Source of the DNA: Octopus vulgaris
Taxonomy: Eukaryota
Reading direction: 5' to 3'
Assembly (NCBI GenBank): GCA_951406725.2
Contig: OX597817.1
Span: 124,248,001 to 124,312,000, forward strand
DNA: 64,000 bases
Shown piece by piece: positions 24,223-36,567 of the stretch (its first letter is position 1; each line of letters starts with the position of its first letter). Made by a program: the position numbers and the translations under genes. Under the pieces are notes generated by a model, which did no database searches, had not been told where the DNA came from, and saw only the letters and a program-made list of their open reading frames with translations.

Positions 24223-26769
24223 AGAGACACACAGATATAATACATATATATGCTAACATATTTGGTGTAAACTTAGAATAATGTTATGTGAAATGAAGTG
24301 GAAAGTAATTATATATTTAGGATGTGTTTGTGAGAGAGAAAGTGACAGAGAGATTGTTTTGTATTATTTGAAAGTAAATTATCCTGTGGTCTGACAATTT
24401 TCTACTTTCAATATAATTCTAATCTTCAGTCATATTTTGTCTAGTTTTTGAGATTAACTTATATATGGTTGTATTATATTTTCTCAACATTTGGTCTGCA
24501 TAAATAAAAATAATAATAAAATCAAAAGATTCCACTTTCCTTTTTACAATAAGTAAAAAAAATTCAAGCATGAATGATTCTCAAAAACAAATATTTTTTT
24601 CCTTTCTGTGTCTTGCTAGAAAAAAAAAAGACAGAAAAAAGAAAAACAGATATAGTAAAATATTTTCAATTCCTAAAAAAATATTGATTATTATTGTTGT
24701 TGTTATTGTTGTTGTCATTGTTGTTGGTGGTGTTGCTGCTGTTGCTATTATTATTATTGCTGTTATTTGAAAGTATCATTTGTTATGCAATAAATATTTT
24801 GTGATTGTCAATTAAGGCAGTGCAACAGGCTGGTCAAAGCCTACTCATTGAAACCAATAAAATAGCATGAGTTTATTTAAGAAAAATCCAGAACGTAAAG
24901 TGTGTGTTTTTGTGAATTACTTAAGGCTAGAAGAAAATCTAGTTTCTGTTCTTTTCGGTAATATTTTTAAAGAACTTGTAATTTATAACATTTGACTCAG
25001 TTATTGCTTGTGACTTGAATGCTTCTCATATTTATTGAGTGATGTCTCATTCATAAGGTAAAATAATGTCAATTCTGTTTTTATTCATTAGCAATAGAGA
25101 CGAAACTTCTATAGCTGCAGAGAAGGCAACCTATCAGACTAATACTTGGCAAGTTCGGAAGCTGAGTTCACAAATACGATTTCTAGAGTGATGTCTCACA
25201 ATAAAATATCATGGCAGTTTTTCATTTTGGAATATGTGATAAGCCTAACAGGATGTCCATTTTATTAGCACTATCTAGCCTTTGGATACCTTTAGGAGAG
25301 TTCACTGGACCAGGTCCTTGGTTTTAGAATAATGCAGTCTTTTGACACACTGATTTAGAAAGCAGTGTTTGTCAGTGGGTACAATTGGAAAAAGGTTTTC
25401 TTAGGAAAAATTGTCATTACACAACATAGAAATCTGGCTCCAAGGTTGCCCATTGATAGATCAACTTGAGGAGGCTGATCTGTTTTGCTTTCTTTCTCAG
25501 TTCATTACTGATGCCACATAAAACAAGATTTTCCATTGGATTGTTATTAGGATCAAAATAGTGGCTAGTGGTAATTTTTAAGTAGATATTTTGGTTTTTT
25601 TCTTTCTAAAAGCTGCAGCAAATAAAAATTTTATGAAATAAGTATATTTATAAAGCTACTGAGATATCCATAGATTTTATTCCAAACTGCACTACACCCA
25701 CTATCTGAAGCTATCAAAGAAACTATACATTTGATTCTTATGCATATATCTCTAATTTCATTTTGTAACCTAGCTTTGCATTCAGGTCACACTCTTTTCT
25801 CCAGCTTGTTGTTTAACACCCAAATCAACTCTAACCAAGCAGATCTATCATGAAAAACCTCCAAGCCATGACTAATTCATCTTTATATGCACAAGGGACT
25901 ATATTGCCAGACATATTTTTATTTATATTTAAAACAATTTGAAGAAAGTTAGGTTGCTATTTTTAACAAATCAAGTAATTAAGTCAAAGTTTGTTGTTTA
26001 ACTCAGTTCTTAAGGACGATGTTTATGCTGGCATGGAATTCATAATTTATTTCTCCACCTAAACTTCAGTAATTGTAAATTCCAGCTAACCTGACTCTAA
26101 ATCTTTCTTCCTTTCTAATCCTTTTAAGTTCATTTGAAGTTTCTACTGCTTACATCAAAGACACCTGTCTCATTTCATCTCTTTGAGGTCACAAGACTTC
26201 AGTATCCACATATACTCTGAACACTTGTATTCCTCCCACACTGGTACTACTGTTGTAGAGGTTGAATCATTTGCTATTTTAGAAGTGTCTGCACCTGTTA
26301 TTAATCTTCACCTACTCGTATCATTAACAGACATCCCTATATATCAACTACTCTTGATCTTTCCTTCACCTTAAAAACAGCCCATTCTTCATTTAGCTAC
26401 ATTTCTGCATCCTTAAAAGCACAAGCATTACTTAAATCAAGCTACACACCTCAGTACCTTATACCACACAAACAATCCCACCCCAAAACTTCAGTAAACT
26501 AATTGGTTAGAACGTCACTAGTTCTGTATCAACTACTCTTAGCTGCAAATATGTTTACACCTGAACATATCTGAGATAGTGAAGATAGTGATTGAAACTA
26601 TTATCCTACATGTATCTTTATCCTACATACTTTATATCCCTTGTATCACAAAGGCTGTTGAAGCCAAAACCTTCTCATCACTGCCACCTACTGGGAATAT
26701 TTTATTTATCATGAAACTTAGCCTACAAAACTACAATCATCAGCAGCATTATTATCTTTTTACATCTGG

Positions 26770-27168
26770 TAAAAAAGAACCTTGGTGAGAAAGGATCTTT
26801 GGATGCTGAGCCTCACTGAAAAAAATGACAAGGGGCTGGGGGATGTGCCGATTTTTTGTGCTTGATAAGACATGTCAAGCTAAGTATAATCACTGTCTTC
26901 CACACATATAGGCTTGTCCTTTTAGGCGCTGGTGTCACATAAAAAGCATCTGTGCCAGTGCTGCATAAACTCACCCATGACGGTGGCATGTAAAAAGCAC
27001 CCAGTACTCTCTCCTAAGTGGTTGGCATTAGGAAGGGCATCCATCTATAGAAACCATGTCTCAACTGGAGTCTGGACAGCTCCTTACTAGCCAAGTCCAT
27101 GTCAAACCTTCCAGCCCATGCCAGCATGGTAAGCAGGCTTTAAACAATGATGATGATGATGATGATGA
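26770..27168 (+). mobile_element. RTE-type LINE 3' end (family D tail)
   Basis: Decayed ORF end, then GTGGTTGGCATTAGGAAGGGCATCC...CCCATGCCAGCATGG...(GAT)n. Confidence 0.7.
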
Positions 27169-27812
27169 CCTGCCTTCTGTGCAGGCACAGGTCATCATGA
27201 GTGGAGTCATGCCCATCATTAGTTAATTCTTTGAAGGACTAGGTACCAATACATAGCATTCGGCTAAGTTTCTATGCGTGGATGTCCTCTTTTCTGTCAA
27301 TCACTTTACATAGTGTAGAGGGTGCATTTTCTTGCAGTGCCAACACTAGAGTGGTTGAATAATCCTAGATGAGACAGGACTAGAACGACCTCATAATTAC
27401 ATACTTCATCTAGGTAACCAGAAAAATAAAGGTGCCATGTTCTCCCCCCTCCTAAACTGCATCTGGTCCTTTATCAGCCAAGTGTTTTCTTACTGTTCTG
27501 AATGCTTCTATCAACCACTCCACAACGAAGAAGGTTTTTGATAACTTCACAGAAAACTTTCCAGATTTGCTAACTGCTTCACCTCCATTTTCACATTACA
27601 TATATTAAGCCCTAACAAATCTACTCTTCTGAATTCTCCCAAAGTACTCCACCATGTACATACAATCTCTATATAAGAAAAGCAACTCTTATTGCTCCAA
27701 CCCAGCAAGGCAAACAGTCACAACAGTATCATATTCATTATCCCTAAACTGTGTGCTCTCATCCTTTACAAACATTTCAATATTTCTCTCTTTTACAATC
27801 TAACTATGAACA

Positions 27813-29061
27813 TCATCATCATCATTGTTCGACCATGGTCGAGACAATGGAATTTACCATGCTACACCAGACTTCATGGTCCATCATAGCACTACGGAGG
27901 TCCTGTTGCTGGATGCCTGTATCCCTGGAGATTACATCAGGATAGGAGAGTGTGCGCCCTCTGGTATAGCTAGTAGATGGCTTCCAGAGGAGAAGAGTAG
28001 AAATTGCCTCGTTTTCAGCTCTTCAACAATGTCCAGCAAACTGGACTCTCCTACCTTTCACAAGAGATTACACAGGTGGTAGTTTCCCATATATTTGCAT
28101 TTTGGTTGGATGATGCTTCCACGAGAGATTTTGAGCTCTCATAAGGAGGTGAGTGTAGGTTCCATCCAACCGCCTCTCAAGCTTCTTTGATAATGTCCAG
28201 GTTTCTGAGCCATATAGTAGAATTGGTTCGACTGTGGCTTTGAAGATTTCAAGTTTGAAGTCTCTACTTAGATTTGATGACCAGATCTTATGCATGTCAT
28301 TACAGGCTGACCAGCCCATACCCTTACTAGTTAGAAAATCTTTTCCAGATGATGATATGTATGACCCAAGATATTTGTAATCAGAAACCATATTTAAGGG
28401 CGCATTGTTGAGAGTATGGATGATGCAATCACTGTTGGACAGGCACTTGTTTATATATTCAGTCTTGGCCTCATTGAGGTAAAGACCTACACAATTTGAA
28501 GCTTGTTCAAGAGATTGTAAAAGAGACTGGGCATTGGAGAGAGAATCACTGATAAGAGCGATGTCATCAGCAAAGTCAGTGTCTGTCAAGTATTCAGCTG
28601 GGTGTCTGGAACTTCTTCTAGGTTTTATTTCAAAGCCCTTGCCAGAAATGGTATCAACTGACATACGTAGCACATAGTCAACGACAATGATGAAGAGAAA
28701 TGGGGCGAGTGTGTATCCCTGCAGTATTCCAGCTTTGATTGAGAAAGATGATGTTTCTCCGTCAGGGGTTAAGATGGTTGAAAACGTATCTGTGTAGAGG
28801 ACCTTGATGGCAGAAATGATTTTGTCTGGTATCCCATAGAGCTTAAGGATTTCAAACATCTTGTACCTATCTACAGAGTCGAATGCTTTAGAAAAGTCCA
28901 CAAACACCATTGCAAGATCGCGATTAAATGCTTTTGATTCTTCAATAAGTCTGTGTAGGCATAGTATCTGGCTCAGCGTTGAGCGCCCATGTCTGAATCC
29001 ATTTTGGTTCTTTCAGAGCAAAGTTTCAACAAAAAGGACAAGACGATTTAGTTTATTGTAC
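27813..29061 (-). mobile_element. 5'-truncated RTE-clade LINE
   Basis: RT motifs QNGFRHGRST, VDFSKAFDSV, GILQG.TLAPFLF, DFADDIAL, YKYLG; (GAT)n tail; TSD AACTATGAACA at 27802-27812 and 29062-29072. Confidence 0.92.
28068..28910 (-). pseudogene. Reverse transcriptase domain of truncated RTE ORF
   Basis: 280-aa open segment with non-LTR RT motifs; in-frame stop just upstream (LL*KNQNGF) and premature stop downstream. Confidence 0.9.
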
Positions 29062-31302
29062 AACTATGAACAGCATGGCTTATTACAGCTGGGTGTCCTT
29101 CCAACAGCTAAATACTTCATTTTGAAAGTGAGAAACCCATTTTTATGTTGAGAAAATGCAACTATGCACAAGAAGACAACTAAATAACAGTAATAAGCTT
29201 TGAATTAATAATCAACTTGTAATCAGTAGTACAACATCCTAACATCTGAGTTTAAGTGATTTATGCTTCGTAAATTAAGTTATGATGTATGAGCTGTTTA
29301 TGAGCAGACCTGTAATCAAGGATGTTCTTGTTGAGACAATCTTGTCTGTGTATATCATAGATTTACCATGTTCAATATATCATTCTTTACTTGTATATGA
29401 TAGGGTGTGATTTGAGGGTGAATTGGTAGTTATTTCTAGCAGGCTAAGTGACTGTGTAGAAGCCCACTCTTTGGCTTGGCATATTTTCCAGGTGAAGCTA
29501 GACAGAGGATACAAATGAACATTATTTATATTCTTTATTTTCCTATCTCTCTAAATACACATATTTTAGGAAATTAAAAATATGAAATAAGTGGAAATTT
29601 TACTGGTGAGTGTGTTAAATTATAAGACACAAAAAGAAAATGACTCTCCCCAGACACAACAGAATATGCTTCAACACACGAACTCACATAAAGAATCTTG
29701 CAAACCAAATCCAAAAACGAAACACATATTTGTAGTTTTTTGGGAAGTCTTTTTTATATATTTCATTCACCATCAACCAACATACTAGTGCTTATTTCAA
29801 TTCATATTTAGCACAAAACTTATTCCACTTACAATAAAATAGATCAAAGTTGGGGATAGGTTAAACAAAGCAATATATTTTCAACTACTCATTAATTTTG
29901 TCTTGGGGTCAAATACAAATCAGCTAACTGTTGTAGGATACATGTCTTGTTAATGGATGTAAACAGTTCTGTTAATGGATGTAAATATTCTGTTATTTTG
30001 CTTCCAACAAAACATCTGTTTTGCTTTCCAACAAAAATCTTATGTAAAACAAAGACACTGCCATACACCAGATAATTTAACCTAAAACCGAATGATTCTA
30101 CTCTGTGAACTGGCAGTGTTATCAATAAATTGCTGTTTCTGGAAGATTTTTCTATTCTCTGTTTTCCTTGTCAAATGTTAAAATTCATTTCAAATAAAAC
30201 ATTTTAGAGAAAACAATTATGTAAAACCATAATAGATCTCTTAAAATACAGTTGGATTTTGCCAGAGCATAGGAAATAAAAGGTTAATTAAATTTTTAAC
30301 ATTCTTTCCATTCTATCATGCAAGTTATAAAAAGTGTTCCACTAGATAACACAGCTTAAATATATTTTAGTTTTGTACATTTGAAATTTTTCTTTTAATT
30401 TTTCTTTAAGAGTTACTGTAAGCCTATTGTAAATTATAAAGTAATGCTGCTTAAAGAATGCATTTTAAGTAGCCTTGTTTAGAATTACTGTCTTACAGTT
30501 TGGCAATGGTTTACAATCCTTATAATGCATATATCAAGATGTTTATTTTCTGTTTGTAAAGAAAAATATGCAGTGCTTTTCTTTTTCTTTCTGAGTACAA
30601 TTTATTCCACTATATCTTTTTAAGACAGAATTTTCTCAAAGATGCTGGTCTGTCTGAATCCTTGAATTAAAATTCTAATTCATAAGCTGGAATGTCTATT
30701 TGGTATATACTGTTTGCTTAATTAGAAAGTCACAGAATATTTTGCATAAAAGTGATCTGAAAGATACCAAACTAGAAAACTCTTAGAATTTTGAAGACTA
30801 AAAAATGCCTTGTTATTTGACACCCATTTTAATTAATCTGCTCTGAAATGGAATGGCTTTTCAAACGTGACAGCTTCAATTAAAACCATAATGACATTTG
30901 AGAACAGAATGAAAACTCTTTGTAAAACTGCAAACTGTAAACAAAATAGGCGCACAAAGTGCTTGCTTATGTGTGTTTTCACAATGACAGTCTGGTTTAC
31001 TAAACATGACATCACAATATGTTCACAATATGAATAGGTTTACGATTTTTTTTTCTGACTGTTTATTATTGTAATTTGTATGGTGGACTTGCCGAAAGAA
31101 ATTGATTTCTTTCAGAAGATTTGTGATATATTTGTATTTGCATTTAAAATGACTCTTGTATGCAAATATTGTTTTAAAAAATATGACTTGCAGAATTCTT
31201 TTTTTTTTTTTGAGAAAAATGTTCTCTTTTTCTTTGATATTTTTGCTTCTGAAACAAATATTTATTCAAATATTAAAAAAAAAGTTTGAGAAATAGTTTT
31301 AG

Positions 31303-31460
31303 ATATATTTGTATTTGCAAATATTGAAATATTCCAAAGCGAATGAAACAAGCAATGAAATTGCAATACAAATACAAGCACCAAAAGCCAATAAAATTCA
31401 AAGTGATAGTTTCGTATTAGATTCTTTGAACATTGTTGAATATATACAAATCATGAAATG
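31303..31460 (+). other. Candidate host exon (possibly a first exon ending ATGAAATG|GTAAGC)
   Basis: TTTTAG acceptor, 52 stop-free codons in AT-rich DNA, strong donor GTAAGC at 31461; no recognisable protein motif. Confidence 0.25.
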
Positions 31461-31747
31461 GTAAGCAACTTTTGCTTTGAAATTATGATTAACTCTGGAA
31501 TTCTTATGGTTGACAATTAGTGCAAAGACTGAAGTCAATGGTAATGTAATGTTCTAAGATGGTAGCTACCAAGAAACATGGAATGTATTACATTATTGAC
31601 AAAATTTTGGAATCTTAAGGTTAAAAATTAATTTGGAGATTGAAGGTAAATATGAAGTAATTTTTCTACATTGGTAAGAAATATTATTGATGGAAAGCTA
31701 ATTCTTCAAGGTGTAGAATATATGATAAATATAGATATATTGTTATA

Positions 31748-32255
31748 AGCACAGGTGTGGCTATGTGATAATAAACTTGCTTCACAACCACATGGTTTGG
31801 GGTTCAGTCCCACTTTGTGGATCCTTGGACAAAAGTCTTCTGCTATAGCTTCGGGCTGACCAAAGCCTTGTGAGTGGATTTGGTAGGCAGAAACTGAAAG
31901 AAGCTTATCATATATATATGTATGTATGTATTATGTATATATGTATGTATGTATTATGTATATATGTATGTATGTATATATGTATGCATGGATGTATGTT
32001 TGTATATATGTATATGTTTATGTGTGTGTCTATGAGTGTGTGTTTTTGTGTCTCACTTTGGTCCCCACTACTGCTTGACAACCGGTGATGGTGTGTTTAT
32101 GTCCCCATAGCTAAGTGACTGAGCAAAAAGACTGATGAAATAAGTACTAGGCCTCAAAAGCTAAGTACAGGGGTCGATTTGTTTGACTAAAACCCTTCAA
32201 GGGGATGCCCCAGCATGGTCAGTTAAATGACTGAAACAAACAAAGGATAAAAGAT
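31748..32255 (+). mobile_element. SINE family A, full length
   Basis: Head, internal (TATG)n and tail present. Confidence 0.85.
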
Positions 32256-32513
32256 ACTCATGTCAACTACATTTCATAAGATTCACACATTACTCCAATC
32301 TTCTACGTTTTTGCCTAAGGAACCCAACTAAAAGAGCACACATTTCAAATCCCTTTATTTGCAGCCAACTTAACTTCAAACCATCACTTCTTACAAAGCC
32401 ATCTCAATTCCTATTAAACACTCCTAGTTTACAGCTACAAAAGTTTGACAAAAATGAAACTCTTCCCTCAGAGATGCTTCACTCTGAGACTCAGTTTTGT
32501 AGATGTCACTACA

Positions 32514-32746
32514 AAGGCGGCGAGCTGGCAGAGACGTTAGCACGCCGGGTGAAATGCTTAGTGGCATTTCATCTGCTGTTACGTTCTGAGTTCAAATTCC
32601 GCCAAGGTTGACTTTGCCTTTCATCCTCTCGGGGTCGATAAATTGAGTACCAGTTACACACTGGGGTCGATGTAATCGACTTAAACTCTTTGTCTGTCCT
32701 TGTTTGTCGCTTCTATATTTAGCCCCTTGTATGCAATAAAGAAATA
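32514..32746 (+). mobile_element. SINE family B (tail type 1), young
   Basis: GGCGGCGAGCTGGCAGAGACGTTAG head, GAGTTCAAATTCC B box, tail AGCCCCTTGTATGCAATAAAGAAAT; TSD AGATGTCACT at 32501-32510 and 32747-32756. Confidence 0.9.
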
Positions 32747-33103
32747 AGATGTCACTTCAGTACAACTTGCATTGACAGATGTCTCTGCCTAAACTCAACA
32801 TCCTATATACTATGCATACAAATGTTTCTCAAAATTGTTCTTCTCTGCAATTTCAACATGAAACTCATTTCACAGTGTCAGAACACAGACATTGCGCATG
32901 TCTGGGACAATATTCACCTGCATTAAACCCTTATGAATAAATCCTCATACACTCTACACATCATCATCATCAACATAACCATTGCTGTTTAACATCATAT
33001 ACTGCAAAGGTTAGATGGGTCTACAGCATAATAATATTCCTTGTGATGCTAAGAAAGGTAAAGGTTTGTGAGTTCAATCCCATCCCAAACACATGTTAAT
33101 ATA

Positions 33104-33667
33104 CAGGTTGACCCAAAAGTAGATTTACAGTTGGAAATGCTTCATGATGTGGTAGTGCCACAACTCAGAACCAAAGCTAACTTTGATGAACTATTCTTTC
33201 AGCAAGCTGAAGCACCTCTACATTATGCTTTGACAGTAAGAGACTACCTTAACCAAGCCTTTCCACAGCGTTTGTCTAGAAGACAAGGCAGCATTGAATG
33301 GACACCACATTCACCTGACCTGACACCAATGAATTTTGGTGGGGGCGGGGGTGTTATAAAGAACAAGGTTTATGAAAAGAATCCCAAAACAGTAAATGAA
33401 TTAAAAGATTGCATTTCTGATGCATTCACTGAAATTGATGGAGATCGGAATTTGTGTTGCACAGTATGTCAGTGTTCTGAAAAGGTTTGGAGAAGCTTGC
33501 AATGTTGAAGGAGGACATTTTGAGCATCTGAGAGTTTAAACATTGTCTGTTTACGATGTGCATAAACAATATGATTATAAGATAGAAATTTTAAATGTGA
33601 TAAAATGTTTTAAAAGAAATTCAAAGTGCCTATGTGATAACTGTAAATCTACTTTTGGGCCACTCTA
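33104..33667 (+). mobile_element. Internally deleted Tc1/mariner transposon, DD41D-type
   Basis: 29-bp TIRs 33104-33132 / 33639-33667 (25/29) flanked by TA; transposase C-terminus FFQQAEAPLHY...WTPHSPDLTPMNF...GGHFEHL with 41 residues between the two mutated Asp positions. Confidence 0.9.
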
Positions 33668-33689
33668 TATGTGGCTTCCAGTGGGGAAT

Positions 33690-33890
33690 GAACCAATGAA
33701 GCAAATGTTTACATGGCTGCTAGAAATAGCAATGTAATTTCTCTCAAGTTAAACATTAGAATCTTCAAAGTTAGGAAAGACATTGGATAACTATGAAGTC
33801 AGAGATAAACTGTATAAAATATACAACTGTACAGCTGGAATAGCTTTGATCATAGTTGTACTTGATCATGGCTGACTTAGAGCTTAACAA
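33690..33890 (+). mobile_element. Old SINE/LINE tail, family F
   Basis: GCTGGAATAGCTTTGATCATAG...GCTGACTTAGAGCTTAACAA; related segments near 19430-19530, 25800-25980, 29300-29460, 36200-36720, 44980-45135 and 63085-63470. Confidence 0.55.
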
Positions 33891-34749
33891 TTATTGTCAC
33901 CTAGTGACGAACAAAGACTAAAGATGTTGAAAAAAATGTTGTTTGGCTTAAAGTAGTTTACCTTTTAAAAGTAGTTTTGTATCAACAAAATGTTTGATGA
34001 ATACATTTAATGGAATGAATAAGTAGAAAATGAGGTGTAAAGATAAATACCTAAGATGTTACTGGCAAATGGACAGGTGACTTATAGGGATGTAAAATTG
34101 GTTTGGTTATCAAGCAAATTGATTTTAATCTTATATTTCGTTGGATGTAATCTAATGTGCATAGTATATACTAGTGTAAATATAGAATTAGCATATCATG
34201 ACAAGATCTATGTACTGGATTAAAGAATTTTAAATGGTAAATGTGAGTTTAGATGATCAGAGGAATGATTCATGGCTTGAATTTGGAAGATGAACTCATT
34301 GCAAATGATTTGACCTGATCAGCAACTCAAAGAGCAAGTAGAATGAGAAGTTTAGGAAGAGGCGCAAGCATTTGAAGAAAATTTCAATGTAGAATAGAAG
34401 GTATTTTAAAAGCATTATTTCCTTAGTAGACACTAGGTTAAAAGCAGTGGTGGCATGTTTTACTAAAGTAGCTATGTAGTCTTTCAACAACGTAAACTTA
34501 AGGCATTTCTTCAAAGTATTCTACTGAGATGTATTGATATATGTGACCCTAGACTTGTTATAGAAATAAATGGTTGGAACCAACCGAAAGATCTAACGAA
34601 GCTATTCAGGAAAGAAAGAGACATGACTCAGAGGCATTTAAAATACAGATTTTATTGTAACATTTTTTTATTTTAATTTCCCGTCATTAAATCCCCCTCT
34701 TCTCTGCCCCTCTCCTCATTTTCCTCCTGTCATCCTCTGCCTTCTTGGG

Positions 34750-34965
34750 GTGGTGGTGATGTTGTAGAATCACTAAAGGACCAGTCAAAATATGTTACGG
34801 TATTTGTTCCTGCACTTTGTTCTGTGTTCAATTTCCACTGAGTGCTACTTTGCTTTTCATCCTTTTGGTATTAATAATATAAGGTATTTAGTACTGGGAT
34901 CAACTAGAATTAACTAATCACCTCATCTCAAAATGGCTGCTTTTGTGTCTAGATCAGAAACCATT
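34750..34965 (+). mobile_element. SINE family B, degenerate
   Basis: CTACTTTGCTTTTCATCCTTTTGG central domain and AGAAACCATT tail. Confidence 0.6.
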
Positions 34966-35295
34966 ATTATCATCACCATTTAGCGTCCGCTAAATGGTGA
35001 TGATGATGATGATGATTATTAAACAAATATGTATGTCATACCATATTTTGGGGAACAGTAAGTGTAGTTGCTTAGAACAGTGTTTTTCTAGGTGTGTGGG
35101 GGTGGGGTGGGGTGGAATGTAATATATGAGAACTGAAAAAGGTTGTTGAAAAACTGCCGTATTTAATGGAATTAAGATGGTTTTAAACTATTCAAATGTG
35201 TCCAGCATCGTAGCAAGGGAACAATAATTATAAAGGTGCAAAAAAAATTTTTATCTTCTTCATTAAGAGAGAGGAGAGGAATATCTATAATATTT

Positions 35296-35489
35296 CCCGT
35301 GCCAGTGGCACGTAAAAGCACTCACTACTCTCTCGGAGTGGTTGGCATTAAGAAGGGCGTCCAGCTGTAGAAACTCTGCCAGATCAAGATTGAAGCCTGG
35401 TGCAGCCATCTGTTTCACCAGCCCTCAGTCAAATCGTCCAACCCATGCTAGAATGGAAAGTGGATGTTAAACGATGATGATGATGATGA
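35296..35489 (+). mobile_element. RTE-type 3' UTR fragment (family D)
   Basis: CCCGTGCCAGTGGCACGTAAAAGCAC...CCAACCCATGCTAG...TTAAACGATGATGAT; near-identical to 52387-52580. Confidence 0.85.
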
Positions 35490-36312
35490 GGATGATTTTA
35501 TTATGGTTGGGCTGGTATTTTACTATTTTAAAAAACATTTGACTTGGAAGTTTTCAACTGACCAACTACTTCTTCACTATATTGATAATACTGCAAGCAG
35601 CGTAACAGCATCTATTCAAATTGAGCAGAACAAATATCACAGAGATAAATGAGTAAAGATGGACTAGGCGAGGATAGAACAAGACAAGCCAGCTCTGTGG
35701 TGCAGAAATTAACCGCTACAGTAATACACTAGTTTGTAATCCACCATATTCCTTGTTAATAATAGCTGATGGTGTTCTCGCATAGTTGCATTTTTGTCAG
35801 TCATGAATACTATTATCAGCCAGATAGGTTAGTTGCACTGAAATTCTTGTCAGGTTTCGTTTATGTCACTACCATATTTTGGTGACACTTTTGGCAACAT
35901 TAAATCATTTTAATTTCATGTTGCCTAAGCTTATTTTAGGTTTATGGCATGGTTTAGATTCATAATGCAAATCCATCTGATTGAGAATTTCTTCGTTCTT
36001 GAATTCTGTAGATTCCATATAATTAATAGTTGTCATCTTTATTGATATACTACACCAATCATAAAACTTTTTTCCCCCTCCTTACTGCATAAAATTCCCA
36101 TATAGATATATGTGTAGCCATCAGATATCAGATCAAATTAATTTCGGTAAAAACAAATGCATCCAGAATATGCAATACAAATTGATACTTCAGTCAATGA
36201 ATGAGTTTCTACATGGTCACTTGGACAACTAAAAATAGATGTGAATCTCCCTCAATTCACACTCTGCCATCTTTATAATATATATATTAACAACAGAGGC
36301 AATGCTAATACT

Positions 36313-36567
36313 GGGAGGCAATAACTCTGCCCACTTAAACATGGATGTTCTCTTAGGACAAATTATATTATTATATTGCAGCAAATACCATGAGAGAAAC
36401 TCTCATGGCTTTAGTGCTAAACACACTCTTGTTTATCCCTGCTAGTGATATCAACAAGAGTATATTTGGTACCAAAAGCCTATGTGAGAATTTCTCTCAG
36501 TATCTACCACTATGTAGTTTGTTCTAACAGAACATCCACAATTAGATGAGGATAAATATTGCCTCTC
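36313..36567. mobile_element. Palindromic (hairpin) MITE inserted in a family F repeat
   Basis: Arms pair along their length (GAGGCAATA/TATTGCCTC, TGGATGTTCT/AGAACATCCA, ACTCTTGTT/AACAAGAGT) around a centre near 36440. Confidence 0.7.

Noticed and set aside
25092-25191. Short open frame after a TTCATTAG acceptor
   Set aside because: 33 codons, no recognisable motif and no partner exon.
33900-34640. Purine-rich stretch resembling a decayed LINE RT region
   Set aside because: No intact diagnostic motif; the similarly skewed tracts at 26040-26760 and 32270-32960 are also left uncalled.
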